DNA from: Macrostomum lignano
Lineage: Eukaryota
Length of the DNA: 64,000 bases
Direction: 5' to 3'
Assembly (NCBI GenBank): GCA_002269645.1
Contig: NIVC01003179.1
Coordinates: 49,659 to 113,658 of the forward strand
The notes below the pieces were generated by a model that made no database searches, was not told the DNA's origin, and saw only the letters and a list, made by a program, of their open reading frames with translations. Shown piece by piece: positions 22,401 to 34,549 of this stretch (position 1 is its first letter; every line of letters begins with the position of its first letter). A program made the position numbers and the translations under genes.

Positions 22401-25400
22401 AATCCTTGGTTTTCCAAGTGCAATAATTCTTGGCTTCTTGAGTGCAGTAATCCTTGGTTTGCCAAGAGCAATAGTCCTTGGTTTATCGAGTGCAGTAATC
22501 CTTGGTTTTCCAAGTGCCGTAATCCTTGGTTTATTAATAGCAATAATCCTTGATTAATCAAGTGCAGTAATCTTTGGTTTGCCAAGAGCAATAGTCCTTG
22601 GTTTATCGAGTGCAATAATCCTTGGTTTATTAATAGCAATAATCCTTGATTAATCAAGTGCAATAATCCTTGGTTTATCAAGTGCAATAATCCTTGGTTT
22701 ATCAAGTGCAGTAATCTTTGGCTTATCAAGTGCAATAATCCTTGGTTTATCAAGTGCAATAATCCTTTGTTTATCAAGTGCAATAATCCTTGGTTTATCA
22801 AGTGCAATAATCCTTGGTTTATTAAGTGCAATAATCCTTGGTTTATCAAGTGCAATAATCCTTGGTTTATCTAGCGCAGTAATCCTTGGCTTATCAGGTG
22901 CAATAATCCTTGGTTTATCAAGTGCAATATTTGTTTATCAAGTGCAATAATCCTTGGTTTATCAAGTGAAATAATCCTTGGTTTATCAAGTGCAATAATC
23001 CTTGGCTTATCAACTGCAATAATCCTTGGTTTATCAAGCGCAGTAATCTTTGGCCTATCAAGTGCAATAATCCTTGGTTTATCAAGTGCAATAATCCTTG
23101 GCCTATCAAGTGCAATAATCCTTGGTTTATCAAGTGCAATAATCCTTGGTTTATCAAGTGCAATAATCCTTGGTTTATCAAGTGCAATAATCCTTGGCTT
23201 ATCAACTGCAATAATCCTTGGTTTATCAAGTGCAATAGTCCTTGGTTTATCAAGCGCAGTAATCCTTGGCCTATCAAGTGCAATAATCCTTGGCTTATCA
23301 AGTGCAATAATCCTTGGTTTATCAAGTGCAATAATCCTTGGTTTATCAAGTGCAGTAATCCTTGGCCTATCAAGTGCAATAATCCTTGGTTTGCCAAGAG
23401 CAATAATCCTTAGTTTATCGAGTGCAGTAATCCTTAGTTTTCCAAGTGCAGTAATCCTTGGTTTATTAAGAGCAATAATCCTTGGCTTATCGAGTGCAGT
23501 AATCCTTGGTTTGCCAAGAGCAATAATCCTTGGTTTATCAAGTGCAATAATCCTTGGTTTATCAAGTGCAATAATCCTTGGTTTATCAAGTGCAATAATC
23601 CTTGGTTTATCAGATGCAATATTCCTTGGCTTATCAACTGCAATAATCCTTGGTTTATCAGATGCAATAATCCTTGGCTTATCAACTGCAATAATCCTTG
23701 GTTTATCAAGTGCAATAATCCTTGGTTTATCAAGCGCAGTAATCTTTGGCCTATCAAGTGCAATAATCCTTGGTTTATCAAGTGCAATAATCCTTGGTTT
23801 ATCAAGTGCAATAATCTTTGGTTTATCAGATGCAATAATCCTTGGCTTATCAACTGCAATAATCCTTGGTTTATCAAGTGCAATAATCCTTGGCTTATCA
23901 AGTGCAATAATCCTTGGTTTATCAAGCGCAGTAATCTTTGGCCTATCAAGTGCAATAATCCTTGGTTTATCAAGTGCAGTAATCCTTGGCCTATCAAGTG
24001 CAATAATCCTTGGTTTATCAAGTGCAATAGTCTTTGGTTTATCGAGTGCAGTAATCCTTAGTTTTCCAAGTGCAGTAATCCTTGGTTTATTAAGAGCAAT
24101 AATCCTTGGTTTATCGAGTGCAGTAGTCCTTGGTTTATTAATATCAATAATCCTTGAATAATCCAGTGCATTAATCCTTGGCTTATCAAGTGCAACATTC
24201 TTTACTATCAAGTGCAATAATCCATGGCTTATCAAGTGCAATAATCCTTGGCTTATCAAGTGCAATAATCCTTGGTTTATCAAGTGCAATAATCCTTTGT
24301 TTATCAAGTGCAATAATCCTTTGTTTATCAAGTGCAATAATCCTTTGTTTATCAAGTGCAATAATCCTTGGTTTATCAAGCGCAGTAATCCTTGGCTTAT
24401 CAAGTGCAATAATCCTTGGTTTATCAAGTGCAATAATCCTTGGTTTATCAAGCGCAGTAATCTTTGGCCTATCAAGTGCAATAGTCCTTGGTTTATCGAG
24501 TGCAGTAATCCTTGGTTTTCCAAGTGCAATAATCCTTGGCTTCTTGAGTGCAGTAATCCTTGGTTTGCCAAGAGCAATAGTCCTTGGTTTATCGAGTGCA
24601 GTAATCCTTGGTTTTCCAAGTGCAGTAATCCTTGGTTTATTAATAGCAATAATCCTTGGCTTCTTGAGTGCAGTAATCCTTGGTTTGCCAAGAGCAATAG
24701 TCCTTGGTTTATCGAGTGCATTAATCCTTGGTTTTCCAAGTGCAATAATTCTTGGCTTCTTGAGTGCAGTAATCCTTGGTTTGCCAAGAGCAATAGTCCT
24801 TGGTTTATCGAGTGCAGTAATCCTTGGTTTTCCAAGTGCCGTAATCCTTGGTTTATTAATAGCAATAATCCTTGATTAATCAAGTGCAGTAATCTTTGGT
24901 TTGCCAAGAGCAATAGTCCTTGGTTTATCGAGTGCAGTAGTCCTTGGTTTATTAATAGCAATAATCCTTGGCTTATCGAGTGCAGTAATCTAAGTGTTTT
25001 TATTTAGTCCTTTAATAAAACCTTTTAATAAAAAATTTTACACTACTACTTTTAAACTACTTAGATTCGAACCTAGGTCGCTGCATTAGCAGTCTGGTCT
25101 GTTCAGCTCTAGGCTAGCTCTCATCGAAGTTATCAGTGATGTTGTACCACTTATATAATTCAACACTCACACCAAGTCAGGTAGAGTAAAAAGTCTCACG
25201 AAGCAGTTATGACATAATCAATTTCTTAGGCAAGTCAGTACCAGTGTCTATGAAAGTTTATCAAGTGCAATAATCCTTTGTTTATCAAGTGCAATAATCC
25301 TTGGTTTATCAAGCGCAGTAATCCTTGGCTTATCAAGTGCAATAATCCTTGGTTTATCAAGTGCAATAATCCTTGGTTTATCAAGCGCAGTAATCTTTGG

Positions 25401-26608
25401 CCTATCAAGTGCAATAGTCCTTGGTTTATCGAGTGCAGTAATCCTTGGTTTTCCAAGTGCAATAATCCTTGGCTTCTTGAGTGCAGTAATCCTTGGTTTG
25501 CCAAGAGCAATAGTCCTTGGTTTATCGAGTGCAGTAATCCTTGGTTTTCCAAGTGCAGTAATCCTTGGTTTATTAATAGCAATAATCCTTGGCTTCTTGA
25601 GTGCAGTAATCCTTGGTTTGCCAAGAGCAATAGTCCTTGGTTTATCGAGTGCATTAATCCTTGGTTTTCCAAGTGCAATAATTCTTGGCTTCTTGAGTGC
25701 AGTAATCCTTGGTTTGCCAAGAGCAATAGTCCTTGGTTTATCGAGTGCAGTAATCCTTGGTTTTCCAAGTGCCGTAATCCTTGGTTTATTAATAGCAATA
25801 ATCCTTGATTAATCAAGTGCAGTAATCTTTGGTTTGCCAAGAGCAATAGTCCTTGGTTTATCGAGTGCAGTAGTCCTTGGTTTATTAATAGCAATAATCC
25901 TTGGCTTATCGAGTGCAGTAATCTAAGTGTTTTTATTTAGTCCTTTAATAAAACCTTTTAATAAAAAATTTTACACTACTACTTTTAAACTACTTAGATT
26001 CGAACCTAGGTCGCTGCATTAGCAGTCTGGTCTGTTCAGCTCTAGGCTAGCTCTCATCGAAGTTATCAGTGATGTTGTACCACTTATATAATTCAACACT
26101 CACACCAAGTCAGGTAGAGTAAAAAGTCTCACGAAGCAGTTATGACATAATCAATTTCTTAGGCAAGTCAGTACCAGTGTCTATGAAAGTTTACAATATG
26201 GTTACGTAATATAAATTCAGTACTGCGCTATGCTTTCACACTCAAAGCTGTGACGCAATTCAATTGAGTGTCAAATTCAGCCAGTACACAGACGATAAAT
26301 AAAGTGTATTGTGATGCAATCTATTTCAGAATCAGAATTCAACCAGTCAGTTTTTCTGCTAGCATTCTTACGATGCATTTCAAGTCGAAAGAGCTGCTTG
26401 ACCTTTGCAAAAAAGCATGTTTTTCGAATATTTAATCCCTTTAGCATCAAGCAATTTCTTAGCCACGATGCATGTACTGTCACGGGAAAATTTCTGATCG
26501 AACAGTGCAAGTTCGAAGAAAATCGGTTGAGCCGTTTTTGCTAAAATCGATCACACACACACACATACATACACACACATACCGACAGACCATTTTTAGT
26601 ATATTGGA
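19492..26608 (-). mobile_element. Non-autonomous Helitron E (carries the 24-bp satellite)
   Basis: The minus strand starts TCCAATATACTAAAAATGGTCTGTC and shares the family 5' module. It ends GCCCCGAAGGGGGGCCGCACTAGATTGCT (hairpin plus a terminus variant lacking the final AG). Its end coincides with the mariner breakpoint. Confidence 0.75.
20288..25920. repeat. 24-bp satellite (GTGCAATAATCCTTGGTTTATCAA)n with 2322-bp and 933-bp higher-order duplications
   Basis: Units are directly visible. ORF pairs are offset by exactly 2322 bp (20549/22871, 21069/23391, 21856/24178). The non-repeat block at 24990-25258 recurs 933 bp later. Confidence 0.97.
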
Positions 26609-26609
26609 A

Positions 26610-29600
26610 CTAGCAATCTTCGCCCCCCGATGGGGGACATCTGGATAGAATCCTTGTTCTTTACAAATAACAAATAGACAGCGAAATAAAGCCTTCATAA
26701 AAAACAACAGACATTCCCTCTAAAAACAAAACATCCCAAGACAGCAAGCATCCTCAGACAGCATTCAAGCATCGATCCCCAAATAGCGAAATCCTCCAAA
26801 CTGCAAGCATCCCCCAGATAGCAAGCATCCCCCCAATAGCAAGCAACCCCAGATAGCAAGCATCCCCCAGACCCCAGATAGTAAGCATCCCCCAGACTGC
26901 AAGCAACCCCTGATAGCAAGCATCCCCCAGATAGCAAGCAATCCCCCAGACCGCAAGCAACCCCAGATAGCAAGCATTAACCTGGATACAAAGAGACCTT
27001 ATAGATATCTAGCAACCCCCTCTTAGATAGCAAGTACCCTCCACCCCCCAAGAGCAAGCATCTCCCAATAGCAAGTTACCCCAGTAGCAAGCATCCTTCC
27101 GATAGCAAGCATCCCCTTGATAGCAAGTTTCCATCCTTAAATGGAAACTTGCAAGCTTGCAAGCATCTTTGCAAATATCCCCAAAGAAACTTGCAAGCAT
27201 CCACCAGAGAAAGTAGCTAGTGCAACAATTTCCTTAGCTTTATAGTGGCTCCATTTTGTTTGGCATGACACTTCTTTTATGTTTGAAACGGTGTCTCTTT
27301 TATGTTTAAAAAGGTGGCTCTTTAATGTTGACATAGTGGCTCTTCTATGTTTACCATGGCGGCCCTTTTACGTTTGAAATGTTGTCTCTGTTATGTTTGA
27401 CATGGTGGCTCTTCTATGTTTGACATGGTGTCTCTTCATTGTTTGACATGGTGGCTTAGTTGTTTGACATGGTGGCTATTTTATGTTTGGCATAGTGGCT
27501 CTTTTATGTTTAACATGGTGGCTCTTTAATGTTCGACATGGTGGCTCTTTAATGTTTGACACTGAGTCACGTAAATGTTTGACATGATGGCTCTTTTATA
27601 TTTTACATGGTAGCTCTTTTAAATTTTACATGGTGGCTGTTTATGTTTGACATGGTGTCTCTTCTATGTTTGACATGGTGGCTCTTTAATGTTCGCCATG
27701 GTGGCTCTTTTATGTTTGACATGGTGGCTCTTCTATGTTTGACATGCAGTCACATATATGTTTGACATGATGGCGCTTTAATGTTTGACATGGAGTCACG
27801 TATATGTTTAAAATGGTGGCTCTTTTATGTTTGATATGGTGGCTCTTTTATATTTTACATGGTAGCTCTTTTATATTTGACATGGTAGCTCTTTTATGTT
27901 TGACATAGTGGCTCTTTATTGTTTGAGATGGAGTCACGTATATGTTTGACATGGTGGCTCTTTTATGTTTGACATGGTGGCTGTTTAATATTCGACATAC
28001 AAAAAAAACCTATACAAAGAAAACCGAGAAACTGCTCAAATAAAGTGCAATCCAAAAAGAAATCATCCCAAGACAGCAAGCATCACCCAGAGAGAAAACA
28101 TCCCCCAGATAGCAAGTACCCCCCCAGATAGCAAGCATCCCCCAGATAACAAGCACCCCCAGATAGCAAGCATCCCCCAGATAGCAAGCATCCCCCAGAT
28201 AGCAAGCAGCCCCCCAGATAGCAAGCATCCCCCAGATAGCAAGCATCCCCCAGATAGCAAGCATCCCCCAGATAGCAAGCATCCCCCAGATAGCAAGCAT
28301 CCCCCAGATAGCAAGTACCCCCCAGATAGCAAGCATCCCCCAGATAGCAAGCATCCCCCAGATAGCAAGCATTCCCCAGATAGCAAGCATCCCCCAGATA
28401 GCAAGCACCCCCCAGATAGCAAGCATCCCCCAGATAGCAAGCATCCCCCAGATAGCAAGCACCCTCAGATAGCAAGCATCCCCCAGATAGCAAGCACCCC
28501 CCAGATAACAAGTATCCCCAAATAGCAAGCATCCACCAGACAATAAGTAGCTAGTGCGAAAATTTCCTTAGCTTTATAGTGGCTCCTTTAAAATTGGCAT
28601 GACTTAAAATTGGCATTGGCTGGCAATTCTTTTACGTTTGAAATTGTGTCTATTTTATGCTTGACATGGTGGCTCTCTTATGTTTGACATGGTGGCTCTT
28701 TAATGTTCGAAATGGTGGCTCTTTAATGTTCGAAATGGTGGCTCTTTAATGTTTGACATAAAAACACCTATATGTTTGACATAAAGTCACTTTTACGTTT
28801 GACATAGTGGCTCTTTAATGTTTGACATAGTGGCTCTTTAATATTCTACATGGTGGCTCTTTAATATTCAACATGGTGGCTCTTTAATGTTCGAAATAGT
28901 GGCTCTTTAGTGTTTGACACGGTGGCTTTTTAATGTTCGACATAGTGGCTCTTTAATATTCTACATTGTGGCTCTTTTATGTTTGAAATAGTGGCTCTTT
29001 TATGTTCGAAATGGTGTCTCTTTAATGTTCGACATGGTGGCTCTTTAATGTTAGACATGCTAGCTCTTTAATGTTCGACATAGTGGCTCTTTTATGTTTG
29101 CCATGGTGGCTCTTTTATGTTTGGCATGGTGGCTCTTTAATGTTCTTCATGGTGGCTCTTTTGCTCTTTTACGTTTTACATGGTGGCTCTTTTATGTTTG
29201 ACATAGAGTCACGTATATGTTTTACATGGTGACCATGTAATGTTTGACATAGAGTCACGTATATGTTTTACATGGTGACCATGTAATGTTTGACATGGTG
29301 CCTCTTTTATGTTTGACATTGTGCTTTTTTATGTTTAGCAGTTTTGTGTTTTCAAGGTGATTAAATAAAAAAATTATTTTGCTCTACTAAGATGCAAACC
29401 CAGGTCGCTACGTTGGCAGTCCAGTCTGTTTGTATCTAGGCTATCTCTTTTCTATGAATTGTGGCCCTTATAATTCAATTCTTACAGCAAGTCAATTAAA
29501 GTAAAAAGTTATGACATAATCGGTTTCTCAGTCAGCCAGTATCAGTCTCAATTTAAGTTAGCAATATTGGTTACGCAATTTAAATCAAGTCGTGTGTGCA

Positions 29601-29905
29601 TTTCTTCGACACTGTTTTCAACTTGTTGTGATGCAATCTTTATCAGAATCAAAATTCAGTCAGTCAGGTTTTTTTCTAGCATTCTTACAATGCATTTCAA
29701 GTCGAAAATTTTGCTTGACCTTTGCAAAAAAGCATGTTTTTCGAATATTTAATCCCTTTAGAATTGAGCAATTTCTTAGCCAAGATGCATGTACCGTCCC
29801 AGGAAAATTTCTGATCGAATGGTGCAAGTTTGAAGAAAATCGGTTGAGCCAATTTTTCTGAAATCTATCGCATACCCACAGACAACTCATTTTTAGTATA
29901 TAGGA
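26610..29905 (-). mobile_element. Non-autonomous Helitron D (same subfamily as C)
   Basis: The minus strand reads A|TCCTATATACTAAAAATGAGTTG...CCCCCATCGGGGGGCGAAGATTGCTAG|T: 5' TC, 3' hairpin plus CTAG, no TSD. Contains 23-bp and 18-bp satellites. Confidence 0.88.
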
Positions 29906-31622
29906 TTTATTACCATTTTAAAAGTGGTTTGTGGCAGCAAGAAAGTCTTGAGCGATTGCGAGGAGCTTTTGGGGATGAAGCACCATCTAGATCCACCGTT
30001 TTTGACTGGTTTGCCAAATTTCGATGTGGCAGGCAGAGTCTGGATGATGAGGAGCGCAGCGGCTGGTCTGTCTCCGGTATTTCATCAGGATCCACCACCA
30101 TCAGGACGATCCTGCATTCACAGCTCAACCTGAGCAAGATTTCTGCACGCTGGATGCCTCATCAGCTGAATCCGGAGCAGAAGGAGGCTCGGGTGACCTG
30201 GTGCCGCACTATGCTCGACAGATTCAATGGAGGCAGCTCAAACTCGGTCTGGGATATCGTCAGTGGTCACGAGTCCTGGATCCATAGTTTCGACCCAGAG
30301 ACTAAGCAGCAGTCGGCCCAGTGGACTCCAGTTGGCGGCACCCCACCATCCAAGCTTTGGTGAGAGTGCAGCGTGGCAAAGCAGATGGTGGCCATTTTTG
30401 TGGCGAAAACTTGTCATCTGGCCACAGTTCCACTCGTGCAGCAGCGCACAGTCACCAGTCACTGGTACGCCAATGTTTGCCTGCCAGAAGTGCTGAGCGC
30501 TCTCTCTAGGCGTCGCCCAAGGACTCGAGCTTGGAGCATCCTTCTCCATCACGACAACGCCCCGGCCCACAAGGCTCGACAGGTGGCAGAGTTCCTGGCC
30601 GGAGAGCGCATTCAAGAGCTTGGTCATCCACCCTACAGCCCCGACCTGGCCCTCTGCGACTTTTTTGTGTTTCCACAAATCAAGCGCAGGATGCGTGGAA
30701 TCCGCTATGGATCACCAGAAGCTGCAGTGGAGGCCTTCATCCGGCATGTGGAGGAGGTGCCTGCTTCAGATTGGTCCAGCTGCTTCAGCAAGTGGTAAAG
30801 CGCAAGAAAATTTGCATCGAATCTGCTGGAGAGTACTTTGAAAAGATGTAACTGTTTTCTCTCTAACTATTTCTGTCTGGGAAACTTATTGCTCAGCCCT
30901 CATATAGTCAGGTGCAGGTCTATCTTTAAGTGAAGTATATAATGACTCAAAGAATGTACACCTATATATATATATATGTGAGTGCACGAGTGTACATATA
31001 CAAGTTAGTTTGCCAGACATATACAGTACAGTATGTAGAGAGTGTAGCCTACAGGGTACAGGCTACAGTGCAGTTTAGTACTGCAGTCTACAATGCTGCA
31101 TAAGTGAATGATAAATCAATCAGTAAAGAGAGTAAGGGCAGGAGAAAGTGAGCAGAAATGAGGTACTTCCATGTTTCAATAAGCACAAGCACACACAAGG
31201 CGTGCTACCCCCCCCCCCTGGTCCTTCAGTGTGGTGATGCATAGGTAAGTCACAAATCTGGACAAAACTAAGTTTCACCAGATGGGTGAAATTTTGAGGT
31301 TGGAGATATATGATTTTGTTTATTTACAATTACAGAGTTACAACCTTTTGAATTTATGTTTTTCAATCCAAATCTAGTGTTAAATGAATATCTCTATTGC
31401 TTTTCTTGTGGTTAGCATTTTATGAGGATTCTTTATAGCCATAGGTTTATGATTTATATGTTTGAATATTCTGGGACAATTCAAAATAATGTGCACAAAA
31501 AGACAATAATATAATTGGTTTGATTTTTCTTTTCCTAAATATACTAATCTTTTGATGGGAATTTTCAAATATTTGTACAAAACATATTTCTTAATAAAAT
31601 AATTACATCCAATATACTAAAA

Positions 31623-34549
31623 TCCTATATACTAAAAATGGTCTGTCTGTGTCTATCTATCTATCTATCTATCTATCTATGTGATCGATTAGAGAAAAAA
31701 TGGCTGGACCAATTTTGTTAGAACTTGCACTGTTCGATCAGAAATTTTCCCGTGACTGTACATGCATCGTGGCTAAGAAATTGCTCGATGCTAAAGGCAT
31801 TAAATATTCGAAAAACATGCTTTTTTGCAAAGGTCAAGCAAACTTTTTGACTTGAAATGCATTGTAAGAATGCTAGAGAAAAAACTGACTGGTTGAATTC
31901 TGATTCTGAAATAGATTGCATCATAACTGAATTGTAACTCCGACTTGAATTGAAAATGCAGTGTGGAAGCGTAGCACCAGACTTGATTTAAATTGCGTAA
32001 CCATATTGTTAACTGATACTGACTGACTGAGAAACTGATTATGTCATAACTGCTTCGTGTGATTTACTCTATGCTTGGATTTTAGTGTTGAATTATATAA
32101 GTGCAAAATTTGATGTTATCAAAACGATGAGAGCTAGCCTAGAGGTGAAAAAACTGAACTGCTAAATGCAGCGACGATGGTTCGAATTTTCATAGATTAT
32201 AATTTTTTTAATTAAAGCTTTTCAACGTCAGGAAAACTAAAATACTTTTTAAAAAGAAGCGTCTTGTAATGAATCATAGAAGCGTCATGTAAAAATCATA
32301 GAAGCGTCATGTAAAAAAATCATAGAAGCGTCATGTAAAAAATCGTAGAAGCGTCATGTAAACAATCGTAGAAGCGTCATATAAAAACCATAGAAGCGTC
32401 ATTTAAAAAATCATAGAAGCGTCATGTAAAAAATCATAGAAGCATCATGTAAACAATCATAGAAGCGTAATGACAAAAAATTGTTGAAGCGTCATATAAA
32501 AATCATAGAAGCGTCATGTAAACAATCATAGAAGCGTCATGTAAACAATCATAGAAGTGTCATGACAAAAAATCGTTGAAGCGTCATATAAAAATCATAG
32601 AAGCGTCATGTAAACAATCATAGAAGCGTCATGTAAACAATCATAGAAGCGTCATGTAAAAAATCGTAGAAGTGTCATGCAAACAATCATAGAAGCGTCA
32701 TGTAAAAATCATAGAAGCGTCATATAAAAAATCATCGAAGCGTCATGCAAACAATCATAGAAGCGTCCTGTAAAAATCATAGAAGCGTCATGCAAACCAT
32801 AATAGAAGGGTCATGTAAAAATCATAGAAGCGTCATGTAAAAATCATAGAAGCGTCATATAAACAATTATAGAAGCGTCATGCAAACAATCATAGAAGCG
32901 TCATGTAAAAACTAATGAAAGTGTCATTTAAAAAATTAAGAAGCATAATGGAAGAATAAAAAAAGCGTCATGTAAAAATCAAAAGAAGCGTCATGTAAAA
33001 ATCAAAAGAAGCGTCATGTCAGACATGAAAGGTGTCATATAAAAATTAAATGAAGTACAGTGCTGTGCTGGGGAGAATTACAGAGACGTCAAGGCTCACG
33101 GAGAATAACTGAGATTACGGAGGGGGGGTTTCTGAGATGTCAAAGCAAAAGTCAGAAGCTACGTCAAAGTACATGTACTTTACTTAATTTTTTATTGCAT
33201 TCTTTGTTGGCTCGCCACGGGGGGGGGCGCTGATAGAAGAAGAGTCATGTAAAAAATAAAAGTAGCTCTATGTATACATTAAAGAAAAGTCATGTCGAAG
33301 TTAAAAGATTCATTTGGGAATTGCTACGATGTCAATGCTTGGTGGAAATCGTTATAGTGCTGTGATTCTTAAAGAAGGAATCACTAAAATGCCAAGGCTT
33401 AGGGGAGAAGAATTGCTGAGATTTCAAGGCTTTAGGTTGGGTTAAAGTTAGGTTTAGGTCAGGTGTGTGTTGAGGGTTATATTTTTTCGGGTTTCAAGGT
33501 TGATATGGGGATTTTTTAGATTTCAAGATTTATGGGGGGCATCGCTGACATGTCAAGTCTTACGGGGGGAATAGCTGAGATGTCAAGGCTCATGGGGGTA
33601 TAAATGAGATTTCAAGGCTTAAGTCAGAAGCTACATGTAGTTTATTGAAAACTTATTATTACATTATTTGTTGGCTCCTCAGGGCTCGCTGATAGAAAAA
33701 GCATAATGTAAAAAATTTAAATGTAATGTAAAAAAAAGCTTCCTGTCGAAGTTAAGAGATTCATTTGGGAATTCGTACGATATCGAGGCTTGCAGGGAAT
33801 CGCTATAATGCTGTAGTAGTGCTATAATGACTCAGAATTACTGAAATTTCAATGCTTTAGGTTTAGGTTAGGGTTAGGGTTAGGGTTAGGGTTAGGCTAG
33901 GGTTAGGGTTAGGGTTAGAAGGTTGACAGATTTTTTTTAGATTTCAAGGCTTTTTGGGGGCATCGCTGAGATGTCAAGGGGGGAGTTGATTTGTTAAAGC
34001 TTGTGGGGGAATTACTGACATTTCAAGGCTTACAAGGGACTTCTGAGGTATATTACAAAGATATGCTACATGTAGTTTATTACAAAACTTGTACTGCAAT
34101 TTTGGCTCCCTAACGCTAAGATACTAAGCTAAAAAATACTACTAGCGCTTCACAAACTTATGCAGATGTCAGGCTGTAGGGTTAGTGTTAGGGTTGGTAT
34201 TAGGGTTTAGGTTTAAGGTTAGGTTCAGGGTTATTGCGTTAAGATTTGGGTTAGGGTTAGGGTTAGGGTAGCTTATAACTTAGCTCATGTAGCTTATTAA
34301 AAATGTTTATTATGGAAGCATCATGCAAAAATAATGAAAGCGTCATGCAAAAACAATGGAAGCGTCATGCCAAAAATCATAGAAGCATCGATCATGCAAA
34401 AACTCATGGACAAAATATTGAATTTAGGGTTTTGGTTAGGGTTAGAAGTTTGACAGGAGATTTTTTAAGATTTCAAGGCTACATGTAGCTTATTAAAAAA
34501 ACGTGTATTGCATTTCTTTGGCTCCCCAACGGGGGGCGTAGATTGCTAG
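31623..34549 (+). mobile_element. Non-autonomous Helitron A (23-bp satellite, TTAGGG tracts)
   Basis: A|TCCTATATACTAAAAATGG start and CCCCAACGGGGGGCGTAGATTGCTAG end. Satellite (AAACAATCATAGAAGCGTCATGT)n at ~32270-33020. Confidence 0.88.
33857..33918 (+). repeat. Interstitial telomere-like (TTAGGG)n tract in Helitron A (counterpart at 37417-37478 in B)
   Basis: About 10 TTAGGG or near-TTAGGG units. Confidence 0.9.

Larger units (their letters stand above)
19458..30851 (+). pseudogene. Mariner transposase pseudogene (segments 19458-19491 and 29906-30851)
   Basis: MELNRSHFRAM-I at 19458-19491 continues as YYHFKSGL...AFGDEAPSRSTVFDWF from 29906. WMPHQL, HHDNAPAH and YSPDLALCDF are present. The first catalytic Asp reads His (SGHESW). 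There are stops at 30361 and 30796 and a deletion after ERSG. Confidence 0.92.
19293..30902 (+). mobile_element. Mariner (DD34D) transposon, decayed, interrupted by a 10.4-kb Helitron dimer
   Basis: TA at 19291-19292 and 30903-30904. TIRs CAAGGGCTGAGCAATAAGTTTC and (reverse complement) TGAGGGCTGAGCAATAAGTTTC match at 20 of 22 positions. Length without the insert is 1196 bp. Confidence 0.92.

Noticed and set aside
25066-25122. Possible tRNA genes (also at 3270-3322, 8821-8870 and in the other Helitrons)
   Set aside because: There is no complete cloverleaf or acceptor stem; treated as tRNA-derived heads.
20285-25894. Very long ORFs (up to 768 aa) of LDKPRIIA / LLHLINQG / AIILGLSS repeats, superficially LRR-like
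   Set aside because: They are translations of a 24-bp satellite, open on both strands and in several frames, with no unique domains, inside a Helitron.
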